Source of the DNA: an uncultured Clostridia bacterium
GTDB lineage: Bacteria > Bacillota > Clostridia > TANB77 > CAG-508
Assembly (NCBI GenBank): GCA_944392805.1
Contig: CALXXZ010000001.1
Span: 100,856-132,855, forward strand
Direction of reading: 5' to 3'
DNA: 32,000 nt
This document shows positions 9,847-18,823 of the stretch, one piece after another (positions within the stretch are counted from its first letter, which is position 1; each line of letters begins with the position of its first letter). Below the pieces are notes generated by a model that was given only the letters and a program-made list of their open reading frames with translations, did no database searches and was not told the DNA's origin. Both the position numbers and the translations under genes were made by a program.

Positions 9847-11049
9847 TTATTCAATTATATCAGCTACAACTCCTGAACCAACTGTTCTTCCACCTTCACG
9901 TATAGCGAATCTTAATCCTTTTTCTATAGCGATTGGTGTGATTAATTCAATTGTCATTGATACGTTGTCTCCTGGCATAACCATTTCTGTTCCAGCAGGT
10001 AATTCGATAACACCTGTTACGTCTGTTGTTCTGAAATAGAATTGTGGTCTATATCCATTGAAGAATGGTGTATGACGTCCACCTTCTTCTTTTGTTAGAA
10101 CGTATACTTCTGATGTGAATTTTGTATGTGGATTTATTGTTCCTGGTTTACATAGTACTTGACCTCTTTCGATGTCTTTTCTATCAATTCCTCTTAATAA
10201 TGTTCCGATGTTATCTCCAGCTTCAGCTTGGTCTAATAATTTTCTGAACATTTCTACACCAGTAACAACTGTTTTTCTTCTTTCTGTTGTTAATCCTATG
10301 ATTTCAACTTCGTCAGAAACTTTTACGATTCCTCTTTCTACTCTACCTGTAGCAACTGTTCCACGTCCTGTAATTGTGAATACGTCTTCTACTGGCATTA
10401 AGAATGGTTGATCGATTGGTCTTTCTGGTGTTGGTATATAGCTATCAACTGCTTCCATTAATTCTTTTATTGGAGCATATTCTGGTGCATTTGGATCTGT
10501 TGATGTTGATTCTAATACTTTTAATGAAGAACCTTTGATCATTGGAATTTCGTCTCCTGGGAATCCATATTCTGTTAATAGATCTCTAACTTCCATTTCA
10601 ACTAATTCTAATAATTCTGGATCATCAACCATATCACATTTATTTAAGTAAACAACGATGTATTTAACACCTACTTGTCTAGCTAATAATATGTGCTCTC
10701 TTGTTTGTGGCATTGGTCCATCAGCAGCAGAAACTACTAATATAGCTCCATCCATTTGTGCTGCACCTGTAATCATGTTTTTTACATAGTCAGCATGACC
10801 TGGACAGTCTACGTGTGCATAGTGTCTGTTGTCTGTTTCATATTCTACGTGAGCTGTGTTGATTGTGATTCCTCTTGCTTTTTCTTCTGGTGCTCCGTCA
10901 ATTTGATCATAAGCTGTAAATTGAGCTTTTCCTAATAATCCTAAATATTTTGTAATAGCAGCTGTTGTTGTTGTTTTTCCATGGTCAACGTGTCCGATTG
11001 TACCAATGTTAACGTGTGGCTTTGTTCTTTCAAATTTTGCTTTTGCCAT
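9847..11049 (-). CDS. tuf: Elongation factor Tu
   Basis: [17 protein letters not shown] and NKCD GTPase motifs, with full-length EF-Tu-like sequence throughout. Confidence 0.98.
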   Translation of the reverse strand: MAKAKFERTKPHVNIGTIGHVDHGKTTTTAAITKYLGLLGKAQFTAYDQIDGAPEEKARGITINTAHVEYETDNRHYAHVDCPGHADYVKNMITGAAQMDGAILVVSAADGPMPQTREHILLARQVGVKYIVVYLNKCDMVDDPELLELVEMEVRDLLTEYGFPGDEIPMIKGSSLKVLESTSTDPNAPEYAPIKELMEAVDSYIPTPERPIDQPFLMPVEDVFTITGRGTVATGRVERGIVKVSDEVEIIGLTTERRKTVVTGVEMFRKLLDQAEAGDNIGTLLRGIDRKDIERGQVLCKPGTINPHTKFTSEVYVLTKEEGGRHTPFFNGYRPQFYFRTTDVTGVIELPAGTEMVMPGDNVSMTIELITPIAIEKGLRFAIREGGRTVGSGVVADIIE

Positions 11050-11125
11050 TTTTTATTCCTCCTTATTTTTGATTAGCCTTTCATAGGCTATTTATATTTT
11101 TAATAATAATAACTTTTTTATTATG

Positions 11126-11164
11126 CACTTGCATTTTATAACATTTCTGCCGAAAATGCAAGTG
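11126..11164 (-). other. 12-bp stem-loop in the fusA-tuf intercistronic spacer (no U-tract)
   Basis: CACTTGCATTTT (11126..11137) pairs with AAAATGCAAGTG (11153..11164) around a 15-nt loop. On the minus strand it is followed by AUAAUAAAAAAG, so it does not have classical terminator form. Confidence 0.4.
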
Positions 11165-11175
11165 TTTTTATAAAA

Positions 11176-13260
11176 TTAGTCTTCTTTTTTAGCTCTTGAA
11201 GCTACTATTGCTTCAAATACTGATTTTGGAACTTCTTCATAATGAGATGGTTCCATTGAATATGTTCCTCTACCTTGTGTTTTTGAACGTAGGTCTGTTG
11301 CATATCCGAACATTTCTGATAATGGGATAAATGCATGGATTTCTTGCATTCCATCATTTGCATCCATTCCTTCCATTCTACCACGTCTAGAGTTTACATC
11401 TCCTATAACATCTCCCATGTATTCTTCTGGAACTGTTATTTCAACTTTCATTATTGGCTCTAATATAACTGATTTTGCTTGTTTACATCCTTCTTTGAAT
11501 GCCATTGATGCAGCTATTTTGAATGCCATTTCTGAAGAGTCTACTTCATGGTATGATCCATCTACTAATGATACTTTGAAGTCTATTACTGGATATCCAG
11601 CTAATATACCGCTTTCAGCAGCTTCTCTCATTCCTTGTTCAATTGGTTTAATATATTCTTTTGGAACTGCTCCTCCAACTATTTTGCTTTCGAATTCAAT
11701 TCCTTTTCCTGGTTCTAGTGGTTCCATTTCAAACCATACGTCACCGTATTGTCCTTTACCACCAGATTGACGAATAAATTTACCTTGAACTTTTACTTTA
11801 TTTCTTATTGTTTCTTTGTAAGCAACTTGTGGTTTACCTACATTACATTCTACTTTGAATTCTCTTTTTAATCTATCTACAATTATGTCTAAGTGTAACT
11901 CACCCATACCTGCGATGATTGTTTGACCTGTTTCTTGATTTGTATAAGCTTTGAATGTTGGGTCTTCTTCAGCTAATTTTGCTAAAGCTATTCCCATTTT
12001 TTCTTGAGCTGCTTTGTCTTTTGGCTCAATTGCTATATCAATAACTGGTTCAGGGAATTCCATTGATTCTAGAATTATTGGATGTTCAGGATCACATAAA
12101 GTGTTTCCTGTTGTTACATCTTTTAATCCTACTGCAGCTGCAATATCACCAGCATATACTTTTTCAATATCTTCTCTGTGATTTGAGTGCATTTGTAGAA
12201 TTCTTCCTATTCTTTCTTTTTTATCTTTGCTTGAATTTAAAACTGTTGATCCTGTTTCTAATGTTCCTGAATATACTCTAAAGAAACATAATTTTCCTAC
12301 GAATGGATCTGTTGCAATTTTAAATGCTAATGCTGCAAATGGTTCTGAATCAGAAGTTTTTGCTTCTGTTTCTTGTCCATCTAATGTTACACCTTTGATA
12401 TGTGGTATATCTAATGGTGATGGCATATAGTCAACTACTGCATTTAGTAATTCTTGTATACCTTTATTTTTATATGAAGAACCACAACATACTGGAACTA
12501 TTTTATTTGCTATTGTTCCTTTACGTAATCCTTTTTTGATTTCTTCTTCAGAAAGTTCTTCACCTTCTAAATATTTCATCATTAATTCTTCATCTTGTTC
12601 ACATGCAGCTTCTATCATTGATGTTCTGAATTTTTTAGCTTCTTCTAACATATCTTCAGGAATATCTGTTTCTTCGATTTCTTTTCCTAAATCATCTTTA
12701 TGTATGAAAGCTTTCATTTTTATTAAGTCTACTATCCCTTTGAATTGATCTTCTGATCCTATTGGTAATTGGATTGGAACACCATTTGCATGTAATCTAT
12801 TTTTTAGTTGGTCAACACATAACATAAAGTTTGCTCCAACTATATCCATTTTATTTACATATACCATTCTTGGTACTTGGTATTTATCTGCTTGTCTCCA
12901 AACAGTTTCTGTTTGTGGTTGAACTCCACCTTTGGCAGCTAATACTGTTACTGCACCGTCAAGTACTCTAAGAGATCTTTGTACTTCTACTGTGAAATCA
13001 ACGTGTCCTGGTGTATCAATTATATTGATTCTGTTGTTATTCCAGAAACATGTTGTTGCAGCTGAAGTTATTGTTATACCTCTTTCTTGTTCTTGTTCCA
13101 TCCAGTCCATTGTTGCTGCACCTTCATGTACTTCTCCTATTTTATGTGTTTTTCCTGTATAAAATAGGATTCTTTCTGTTGTTGTTGTTTTTCCTGCATC
13201 TATATGGGCCATTATTCCTATATTTCTTGTTCTCTCTAATGGGTATGCTCTTCCTGCCAT
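11176..13260 (-). CDS. fusA: Elongation factor G
   Basis: [20 protein letters not shown] and NKMD motifs. 694 aa of EF-G-like sequence throughout. Confidence 0.98.
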   Translation of the reverse strand: MAGRAYPLERTRNIGIMAHIDAGKTTTTERILFYTGKTHKIGEVHEGAATMDWMEQEQERGITITSAATTCFWNNNRINIIDTPGHVDFTVEVQRSLRVLDGAVTVLAAKGGVQPQTETVWRQADKYQVPRMVYVNKMDIVGANFMLCVDQLKNRLHANGVPIQLPIGSEDQFKGIVDLIKMKAFIHKDDLGKEIEETDIPEDMLEEAKKFRTSMIEAACEQDEELMMKYLEGEELSEEEIKKGLRKGTIANKIVPVCCGSSYKNKGIQELLNAVVDYMPSPLDIPHIKGVTLDGQETEAKTSDSEPFAALAFKIATDPFVGKLCFFRVYSGTLETGSTVLNSSKDKKERIGRILQMHSNHREDIEKVYAGDIAAAVGLKDVTTGNTLCDPEHPIILESMEFPEPVIDIAIEPKDKAAQEKMGIALAKLAEEDPTFKAYTNQETGQTIIAGMGELHLDIIVDRLKREFKVECNVGKPQVAYKETIRNKVKVQGKFIRQSGGKGQYGDVWFEMEPLEPGKGIEFESKIVGGAVPKEYIKPIEQGMREAAESGILAGYPVIDFKVSLVDGSYHEVDSSEMAFKIAASMAFKEGCKQAKSVILEPIMKVEITVPEEYMGDVIGDVNSRRGRMEGMDANDGMQEIHAFIPLSEMFGYATDLRSKTQGRGTYSMEPSHYEEVPKSVFEAIVASRAKKED

Positions 13261-13286
13261 TTTTTATATTTCCCCCTTTCGAAATT

Positions 13287-13757
13287 TTACCATTTATAGT
13301 GTGCAAATGCTTTATTAGCTTCTGCCATTCTATGTGTATCTTCTTTTTTCTTGAATGCTCCACCGTTTCCATTTATTGCATCAATTATTTCTCCAGCTAG
13401 TTTTTCAGCCATTGTTTTTTCATGTCTGTTTCTAGCATATGTTACTAACCATCTTAATCCTAATGTTTGTCTTCTTTCTGGTCTTATTTCTAATGGAACT
13501 TGATATGTTGCTCCACCAACTCTTCTTGCTTTTACTTCAAGAACTGGCATAACATTTTCTAATGCTGCTTCAAATACTTCTAATGGATTTTTTCCTTCTC
13601 TTTCTTTTACGATGTCAAATGCATCATATACGATGTTTTGAGCAACTGATTTTTTACCATCTAACATTATGTTGTTGATTAATTTTGTAACAACTTTACT
13701 ATTATATATTGGATCTGGTAATACATCTCTTTTTGCTATAAATCCTCTTCTTGGCAC
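13287..13757 (-). CDS. rpsG: 30S ribosomal protein S7
   Basis: MPRRG...DPIYNS..VTKLIN..M.DGKKS...; 156 aa, canonical S7. Confidence 0.97.
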   Translation of the reverse strand: MPRRGFIAKRDVLPDPIYNSKVVTKLINNIMLDGKKSVAQNIVYDAFDIVKEREGKNPLEVFEAALENVMPVLEVKARRVGGATYQVPLEIRPERRQTLGLRWLVTYARNRHEKTMAEKLAGEIIDAINGNGGAFKKKEDTHRMAEANKAFAHYKW

Positions 13758-13908
13758 TATTCTTCACTCCTTTTCTTTTTTGATACTTAAACAAGTATCT
13801 AAGTTACTCTGGAAAGTTTTTTCTTTCCCGTATAGTGCTACCAATCTATTCTAAATTTAAGTACCTTAATTTAGTAAATTGTGTGCACTAATCTAATTTT
13901 TATTCATT

Positions 13909-14319
13909 TTATTTAGGGCGTTTTGCACCATATTTTGAACGACCTTGATTTCTGTCTTTTACTCCAGCTGTGTCAAGTGTTCCTCTTATTATATGGTATC
14001 TAACACCTGGAAGGTCTTTTACTCTTCCTCCTCTGATTAGAACTACACTGTGTTCTTGTAAGTTATGTCCTATACCTGGGATATAAGATGTTACTTCATA
14101 ACCATTTGAAAGTCTAACTCTGGCAACTTTTCTTAATGCTGAATTTGGCTTTTTAGGTGTTACTGTTTTTACTACTGTACATACACCTCTTTTTTGTGGT
14201 GCTCTATTATTTGTTAATGTTTTGTTTTTTGAATTGTATCCATGTTGTAGAGCTGGTGCTGTAGATTTTGCCTTTGTTGTTTTTCTTCCTTTTCTTACTA
14301 ATTGATTAATTGTTGGCAC
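13909..14319 (-). CDS. rpsL: 30S ribosomal protein S12
   Basis: [12 protein letters not shown]...[19 protein letters not shown]...; canonical S12. Confidence 0.97.
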   Translation of the reverse strand: MPTINQLVRKGRKTTKAKSTAPALQHGYNSKNKTLTNNRAPQKRGVCTVVKTVTPKKPNSALRKVARVRLSNGYEVTSYIPGIGHNLQEHSVVLIRGGRVKDLPGVRYHIIRGTLDTAGVKDRNQGRSKYGAKRPK

Positions 14320-14476
14320 TTAAATTTCACCTCTTTTCTAAAATAATTTTAACCGCAAAGAATTAATTTTTTATTGCTAATTCTAATGCGGTTATTATTT
14401 TATCATCTTTTCCTTATTATGTCAATGTTTTTGTCGTGTTTTTTTAGATTTTTGTTACTGTTCAGCCTTAAGTAAT

Positions 14477-14510
14477 TAAAAATCAACCTGCCGAAAATTC
14501 GAGGTTGATT
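14477..14510 (-). terminator. Intrinsic terminator after the Rpn-family gene
   Basis: AATCAACCT (14481..14489) pairs with AGGTTGATT (14502..14510) around a 12-nt loop. On the minus strand it is followed by UUUUUAAUU. Confidence 0.6.
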
Positions 14511-14545
14511 TAAATGATTTATACTCCAAACTTTTTTGATTTAAA

Positions 14546-15433
14546 TTATTTTAATTTTTTTATTTCTTCTTCTGTTAATCCTGTTACTTCTTTTATTTGT
14601 TCTATTGACATGTTTAATTTTAGGAGATTCTTTGCAATCTTTTTTATTTTTTCTTTTTGTTCTGTCCTTCCTTGATTTAATCCTTGACTTATTCCCTGAG
14701 TTATTCCATCTTTAAGTCCTTTATCATATCCAGCATCTTCTATTGCTTTTTGGTCTAATATGTATTTTTCTCTCAATTCTGCTAAATATCTTTCTCTTTT
14801 ATCTTTACTTATTTCTTCTAGTACTTGTTTTGCTTTTTCTATTGCTTTGTCTTCTCCCATTTCAATTCCCCCTGGCTCTCTTATAAATCTTATCCATTTA
14901 TTTAACTTATTATTCTTGGTTTTTTCTTTATATTTCTCGTATTTTGGTAATTCAATTATATAAAATTCCATTACTTCTGTCAATATTACTTTTTGGTATT
15001 CTTCTTCTCTTATGTTCCATTTTGTTTCATATTTTTTTATTTCTCTCAAACTGTCTATTTCATAATCCGTTATTAATATTACAATTACTTTTTCTAGTTC
15101 TTCATAATCTTTTCCTGATTTTAGATTCAAACTATATAATTTGCTCCAGTAGTATAATATTCTTTTTTCTATATTTTTTCTATCTACAATTTGCATTTCT
15201 ATATCACAGTTAATTTTATCTTCTATTTTTGCTCTTATATCTAGTATTCCTACTTTATCGTCTAATAAATCTTTTTCTAATATAGTATTATTATCTAATT
15301 TTATATCACTTATTTCTTTTTGGATTATTGAACTTATTAATTCTTTTGTTATTTCTTCATTTCCTATATATCCAAATATTCTTTTAAATACATAGTCTAT
15401 TTTTGGGTCTAATAATTGTTCTATATGCTTCAC
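14546..15433 (-). CDS. Rpn-family recombination-promoting nuclease / putative transposase (PD-(D/E)XK, YhgA-like)
   Basis: N-terminal LLDPKIDYVFKRIFG, D..IEMQ PD-(D/E)XK-like core (DIRAKIEDKINCDIEMQ), and a C-terminal repetitive KG..DG..QG..QG tail followed by ..MSIEQIKEVTGLTEEEIKKL, as in Rpn/TIGR01784-type proteins. Confidence 0.7.
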   Translation of the reverse strand: MKHIEQLLDPKIDYVFKRIFGYIGNEEITKELISSIIQKEISDIKLDNNTILEKDLLDDKVGILDIRAKIEDKINCDIEMQIVDRKNIEKRILYYWSKLYSLNLKSGKDYEELEKVIVILITDYEIDSLREIKKYETKWNIREEEYQKVILTEVMEFYIIELPKYEKYKEKTKNNKLNKWIRFIREPGGIEMGEDKAIEKAKQVLEEISKDKRERYLAELREKYILDQKAIEDAGYDKGLKDGITQGISQGLNQGRTEQKEKIKKIAKNLLKLNMSIEQIKEVTGLTEEEIKKLK

Positions 15434-15577
15434 CTCTACTTATAATATTTTTTAACAATGAAATCTCTCGGCTGAATTGCCTAGATTTTTTGATTTTAAA
15501 AATTGTTTGAAATATAAATCATTAACATATTAACATAATTTGAATCATTTTTCAATACTTTTAGAATAAAAAAGATA

Positions 15578-15619
15578 AAAACCATTAGAACGTCATATAC
15601 AAAGCAATCTAATGGTTTT
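15578..15619 (-). terminator. Bidirectional terminator-like hairpin downstream of the small HTH gene
   Basis: AAAACCATTAGA pairs with TCTAATGGTTTT (12 bp, 18-nt loop), flanked by A/T runs on both sides. Confidence 0.55.
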
Positions 15620-15740
15620 ATTTCACAATATATTATTTTTTATTGAAACATTTTTATTTTATATTTAATTTTGATTACATATACATTAACTATTTTTTGT
15701 TGCTATTACTTTTATTGAAAAAATTCCATATTCCAATATT

Positions 15741-15908
15741 TTATTTTCTTTTATTTTTATAAGATGGTTTTGCCCTATCTTGCTCTACATCACTTATATA
15801 TCTTGGCGATACTCCTATTTCTTCTGCGATTTTTTCTTGCGTGTATCCATTACTTTTTCTTAGTTTTTGAAGTGTTTCTCCAATTCTTATTGTGCTTACT
15901 TTTCTCAT
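15741..15908 (-). CDS. Short XRE-type HTH protein (55 aa), apparently truncated after helix 3
   Basis: Below the ORF-track size cut-off. MRKVSTIRIGETLQKLRKSNGYTQEKIAEEIGVSPRYISDVEQDRAKPSYKNKRK. AAGGTG lies 6 nt upstream. The usual C-terminal helices of the XRE fold are missing. Confidence 0.45.
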   Translation of the reverse strand: MRKVSTIRIGETLQKLRKSNGYTQEKIAEEIGVSPRYISDVEQDRAKPSYKNKRK

Positions 15909-16257
15909 CTATATCACCTTTTCTTATTTTTGTTTATATTAACAAAATTTATAAGTTTTATAAATGATTTATTATCGTTTGTTATCCGATTTTATTTAAG
16001 TATTCTTTTAGTTTGCTATCTAACTTTTTTCTTTTTTCCTCTATTTCTTCTTTCCCTTGCTTTTTTTCTATCATCTGTTTTAGTTTTTCTATTTCGATTC
16101 TTATTTCTTCTTCCACTCCTATCACCACCATATCTTTAGTTTATTGATTTTCTCTTTTTCTATTCACTTGATTTTAAATTTTTTTGATTTAATTTCTGTT
16201 TGAATTTTTTGAATTAATAGCTTTATGCTACTATTTTTTTATTTTTTTGTCAATGAT

Positions 16258-16497
16258 TTATATTGTTTTTAATTCAAGTTTTCCATTACTTCTTATTTCT
16301 CCATTTATTAATATAATATCTCCTTCTTTTAGTTTTGAATAACATTTGTCTGCAACCTCATTATAGCCATACACTTCAATCATGTTATTATCTAATGTTG
16401 TTATTTTGAATTCTGCCACTGCTTTGTTTTTGCTTTTAATAATAAAATTATATTTTATATCACTCACTATTTTTCCTATTAAAAAACACTCATTCAT
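16258..16497 (-). CDS. Small OB-fold, SSB-like protein (79 aa), function uncertain
   Basis: Strong RBS (AAGGAGGGG). NECFLIGKIVSDIKYNF...AVAEFKITT...IEVYGYNEVADKCYSKLKEGDIILINGEIRS follows the SSB OB-fold pattern (N.v.LiG.l..d.....va.f.l......f.v..wg..A.....l.kG..v.v.G.l), with no acidic C-terminal tail. Confidence 0.5.
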   Translation of the reverse strand: MNECFLIGKIVSDIKYNFIIKSKNKAVAEFKITTLDNNMIEVYGYNEVADKCYSKLKEGDIILINGEIRSNGKLELKTI

Positions 16498-16521
16498 TTT
16501 TTCCCCTCCTTTTTTTTATTT

Positions 16522-16562
16522 GCAAAACATATATTTTCAAAATTTACTAATATATGTTTTGC
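16522..16562. repeat. Perfect 13-bp inverted repeat with 15-nt spacer, between the TR and the OB-fold gene
   Basis: GCAAAACATATAT (16522..16534) and ATATATGTTTTGC (16550..16562). Confidence 0.8.
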
Positions 16563-16657
16563 TGATACATTTTTACCTTTCGGAAGGAACAAATCTCTTT
16601 AATACTAATACATTACTGTATATATTCCTTAAAATATATATTCTGAATTTGTATTAG

Positions 16658-16794
16658 AGTGTGGGGCGAGAACCATTGTTGCTGTTGGAATTGCTCGGAT
16701 TGTTGTTGTTGCGATAATCTGCACGAGTATTGTTGGAATTGGTATTGTTGTAATTACCTCCGGCTATTAATACGATTGTTGGTGTTGTTGGCTT
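16658..16794 (-). repeat. DGR template repeat (TR)
   Basis: 137-nt ungapped match to 18831..18967 (offset 2173). This copy carries A (coding strand) at all 21 adenine-type mismatch positions. It is AAY-rich in the coding sense and starts about 20 nt after the RT stop. Degenerate similarity may extend to about 16802. Confidence 0.88.
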
Positions 16795-16814
16795 TTTAAT
16801 TTGTCCCTATATCT

Positions 16815-17822
16815 TTATTTATAAAATAATTTATTTGTTAAATTTTCTACATTTGCAATTTTTATATATCCTATATGTCCTGCTAGGCATTTATGTGCCT
16901 CCTTACTAGTTATCTTTCCAATTTTTACTTCATGTTTTAATTTTTTTATTTTATTTTTTAATTTTTTCTTTCCCTTGTCTCTTATTTTTATTCTATATTC
17001 ATTTATTTTATATCCACAAAAATTTACTCCTTGTTTATTTTTAAATATCTGCGTTTTTTTATTTAATTCTAATTCTAGTTTTTCTTTTAAAAATTTTTTT
17101 ATTTTTTCCAGTATATCTTTTGCTTCTTGCTTACTTTTTAGTAAAATTACGCTATCATCCATATATCTGAAATAATATTTACAATGTAATGTATGTTTTA
17201 TATATTGGTCAACTTCATTTAGATATATATTTGCAAATATTTGTGATGTATAATTTCCTATTGGAAGATTCTTTTTTTCTTGATTTGAGTATATTATTTC
17301 TTTTGTTAGCCATATTAAATCTTCATCTTTAATTTTTCTCAATAAAATTTTTAGTAATATATCTTTATCTATGTTTTGAAAAAATTTTGCAATATCCATT
17401 TTTAATATATAATATTCTCCCCATATTATTTTACAATGTTTCATTCTTTGTTGTAAATCTAAACAACATTTATGCATTCCCCTATTTTCAATACATGCAT
17501 ATGAAGTATTTATAAATTGTGTCATAAAATGCGGTTTCAAAAAATTTTCTACATAAAATGTATGTACTATTCTATCTATATATCTGGAACGTTCTATTTT
17601 TCTTATTTTAGGTTCTTTTATATAAAATACTGTATATCCTCCATGCTTATATGTTTTGTTTTTTAATTGTTCATATAAATATTTGATATATTCTTCTTGT
17701 TTTAAGTTAAATTTTATTATTTCTTCTCTATAACTTTTTCCTTTTCTTGCTTTAAAATGTGCTTTATACAAATTCTCATAAGAAAGTTTTTTACTATATT
17801 CATTTCTTATCCATTTTGCCAT
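16815..17822 (-). CDS. DGR-type reverse transcriptase
   Basis: 335 aa. Contains FRYMDDSVIL (YxDD), LPIGNYTSQIFANIYL (the I/LGxxxSQ motif characteristic of DGR RTs) and EPKIRKIERSRYIDRIVH. No maturase/endonuclease extension. Overlaps the Avd-like ORF by 23 nt. Confidence 0.9.
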   Translation of the reverse strand: MAKWIRNEYSKKLSYENLYKAHFKARKGKSYREEIIKFNLKQEEYIKYLYEQLKNKTYKHGGYTVFYIKEPKIRKIERSRYIDRIVHTFYVENFLKPHFMTQFINTSYACIENRGMHKCCLDLQQRMKHCKIIWGEYYILKMDIAKFFQNIDKDILLKILLRKIKDEDLIWLTKEIIYSNQEKKNLPIGNYTSQIFANIYLNEVDQYIKHTLHCKYYFRYMDDSVILLKSKQEAKDILEKIKKFLKEKLELELNKKTQIFKNKQGVNFCGYKINEYRIKIRDKGKKKLKNKIKKLKHEVKIGKITSKEAHKCLAGHIGYIKIANVENLTNKLFYK

Positions 17823-18168
17823 AATATTTTATTAGTCCTCCTAATATTTTACCAATTTCATAAATCTGTTCCATTGCTATATTAAACTTTCTTTCATCTA
17901 GCCATCTGTTTTTCTTCATTATTCTCAAATATATTCTTTGGCAATTTAGTTCTGCATCTATTTTATTTAATACTTCTATAATATTTTTATCATTTACTTT
18001 ACTTAGATATAAAATTCCTCTTAACATTTTATACATACTATTTTTATATTCTGTTCCTATATTAAATTTTTCTGTTCTGGGTAGTTTTATTATTACCTCT
18101 ATCATATATTGAATATATCTTTCTGCTTTTGGTATTAGTTGCAATTTATTTTCCTTCACTATTTTCAC
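17800..18168 (-). CDS. avd: Avd-like accessory variability determinant (four-helix-bundle protein)
   Basis: 122 aa, basic and all-helical in appearance. ..AERYIQYMIEVIIKLPRTEKFNIGTEYKNS.. resembles the fPk.EKf.l..q motif of the four-helix-bundle/Avd family. Located directly upstream of and overlapping the RT. Confidence 0.7.
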   Translation of the reverse strand: MKIVKENKLQLIPKAERYIQYMIEVIIKLPRTEKFNIGTEYKNSMYKMLRGILYLSKVNDKNIIEVLNKIDAELNCQRIYLRIMKKNRWLDERKFNIAMEQIYEIGKILGGLIKYYGKMDKK

Positions 18169-18577
18169 CTCTATATAATTTCATTATTGCTTCCATATAT
18201 TTTTCATCTTTTTCAAGATAACCGCAATTTCCCATTTTACACATTATACAATCTCTTTTGTTAGACTTTTCATTGTTTTGAAAACTACCTTTATACTTTT
18301 CTACTATTTCTAAATTATTTTTTTCTCTATCAAATTTATATATTATGTATGAATATCTACTTCTTTTTAGTAATTTCTGATATTTTTCTAATGCTCCTAT
18401 TGGAAATCCTACTTTGCAAACAGTATCTTTTTCCATACAAGTTAGTTTTAAATCTAGTATTTTATTTAATAATATTGCATCTTTCCCTCTTGCTATATAA
18501 AAACTTCCGCAGTTTATTAATACAATATATTCTTTTTCCTTTTCCTGTAATATTTTTATCATTTCTCCAAACTTCAT
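18146..18577 (-). CDS. MutS-domain-I-like accessory protein with a C-terminal Cys cluster
   Basis: MKFGEMIKILQEKEKEYIVLINCGSFYIARGKDAILLNKILDLKLTCMEKDTVCKVGFPIGALEKYQKLLKRSRYSYIIY parallels the E. coli MutS N-terminus ([44 protein letters not shown]...MAGIPYHAVENYLAKLV). Start moved to ATG 18577, which has AAGGAG 6 nt upstream. C-terminal CIMCKMGNCGY. Confidence 0.6.
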   Translation of the reverse strand: MKFGEMIKILQEKEKEYIVLINCGSFYIARGKDAILLNKILDLKLTCMEKDTVCKVGFPIGALEKYQKLLKRSRYSYIIYKFDREKNNLEIVEKYKGSFQNNEKSNKRDCIMCKMGNCGYLEKDEKYMEAIMKLYRGENSEGK

Positions 18578-18621
18578 ATTTACTCCTTTCCCAGTGGGCA
18601 TTTTTTGTGCCTAAAAGGCGC

Positions 18622-18649
18622 AAAAAACGCCACACTGTTAGGTGTGGCG
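18622..18649 (-). terminator. Strong intrinsic terminator between the target gene and the MutS-I-like/avd/RT genes
   Basis: On the minus strand: CGCCACAC-cuaaca-GUGUGGCG followed by UUUUUU. The right arm is also part of a perfect 14-bp palindrome GTGTGGCGCCACAC (18642..18655). The 11-mer GCCACACTGTT occurs twice (18629..18639 and 18649..18659). Confidence 0.6.
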
Positions 18650-18677
18650 CCACACTGTTGCAAAATTTCTTTATTAT

Positions 18678-18706
18678 CCATTCATGTACCTTTGGTACCT
18701 GAATGG
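18678..18706. other. 12-bp hairpin/cruciform-capable inverted repeat about 120 nt 3' of the VR
   Basis: CCATTCAtGTACC-ttt-GGTACcTGAATGG: one internal mismatch and a 3-nt loop. Confidence 0.6.
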
Positions 18707-18823
18707 CCAATATATAAATTTTGCAATTAGTGTATCTCCGATTCACTAATATAATTTTAAATTTGTACATATAAAAGAACTTCATAACTCATTCTGATTT
18801 TACGGCTTTAGCACTCAGCTCTA

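Noticed and set aside
9714-9854. N-terminal extension of the 95-aa ORF 9567..9854
   Set aside because: The extension would overlap the tuf stop and run through the tuf terminator hairpin. An internal ATG at 9713 with AAGGAG is a better start.
13758-13908. rpsL-rpsG 151-nt spacer with a GGAAAG-tttttt-CTTTCC hairpin (13811..13828), considered as a possible S7 autoregulatory site
   Set aside because: S7 feedback on the S12-S7 intercistronic region is plausible by analogy with E. coli. However, I cannot support a specific binding structure from sequence alone, and this is an ordinary feature of str operons.
14340-14400. AACCGCA...TGCGGTT inverted repeat in the rpsL leader
   Set aside because: It has a 7-bp stem with a loop of about 30 nt. 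It is likely part of the normal rpsL 5' UTR or promoter region, and nothing distinguishes it.
11147-14498. Shared 11-mer CTGCCGAAAAT in the loops of two hairpins (11147..11157 and 14488..14498), considered as a possible REP-like element
   Set aside because: There are only two copies, the match is only 11 nt, and the flanking stems are unrelated. This is compatible with chance.
16815-17822. The RT as a group II intron maturase or retron RT
   Set aside because: It is only 335 aa with no X/maturase or endonuclease domain, and I saw no flanking intron-like RNA domains or msr/msd-style repeats. The I/LGxxxSQ motif, the adjacent Avd-like ORF and the adenine-biased TR/VR pair all point to a DGR.
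18462-18785. 107-aa ORF in the track between the target gene and the MutS-I-like gene
   Set aside because: It overlaps the 5' end of the MutS-I-like CDS and runs through the terminator and hairpin region. It has no RBS and a junk-like sequence (MKFFYMYKFKIILVNRRYTNCK...). The region is better explained as structured non-coding spacer.
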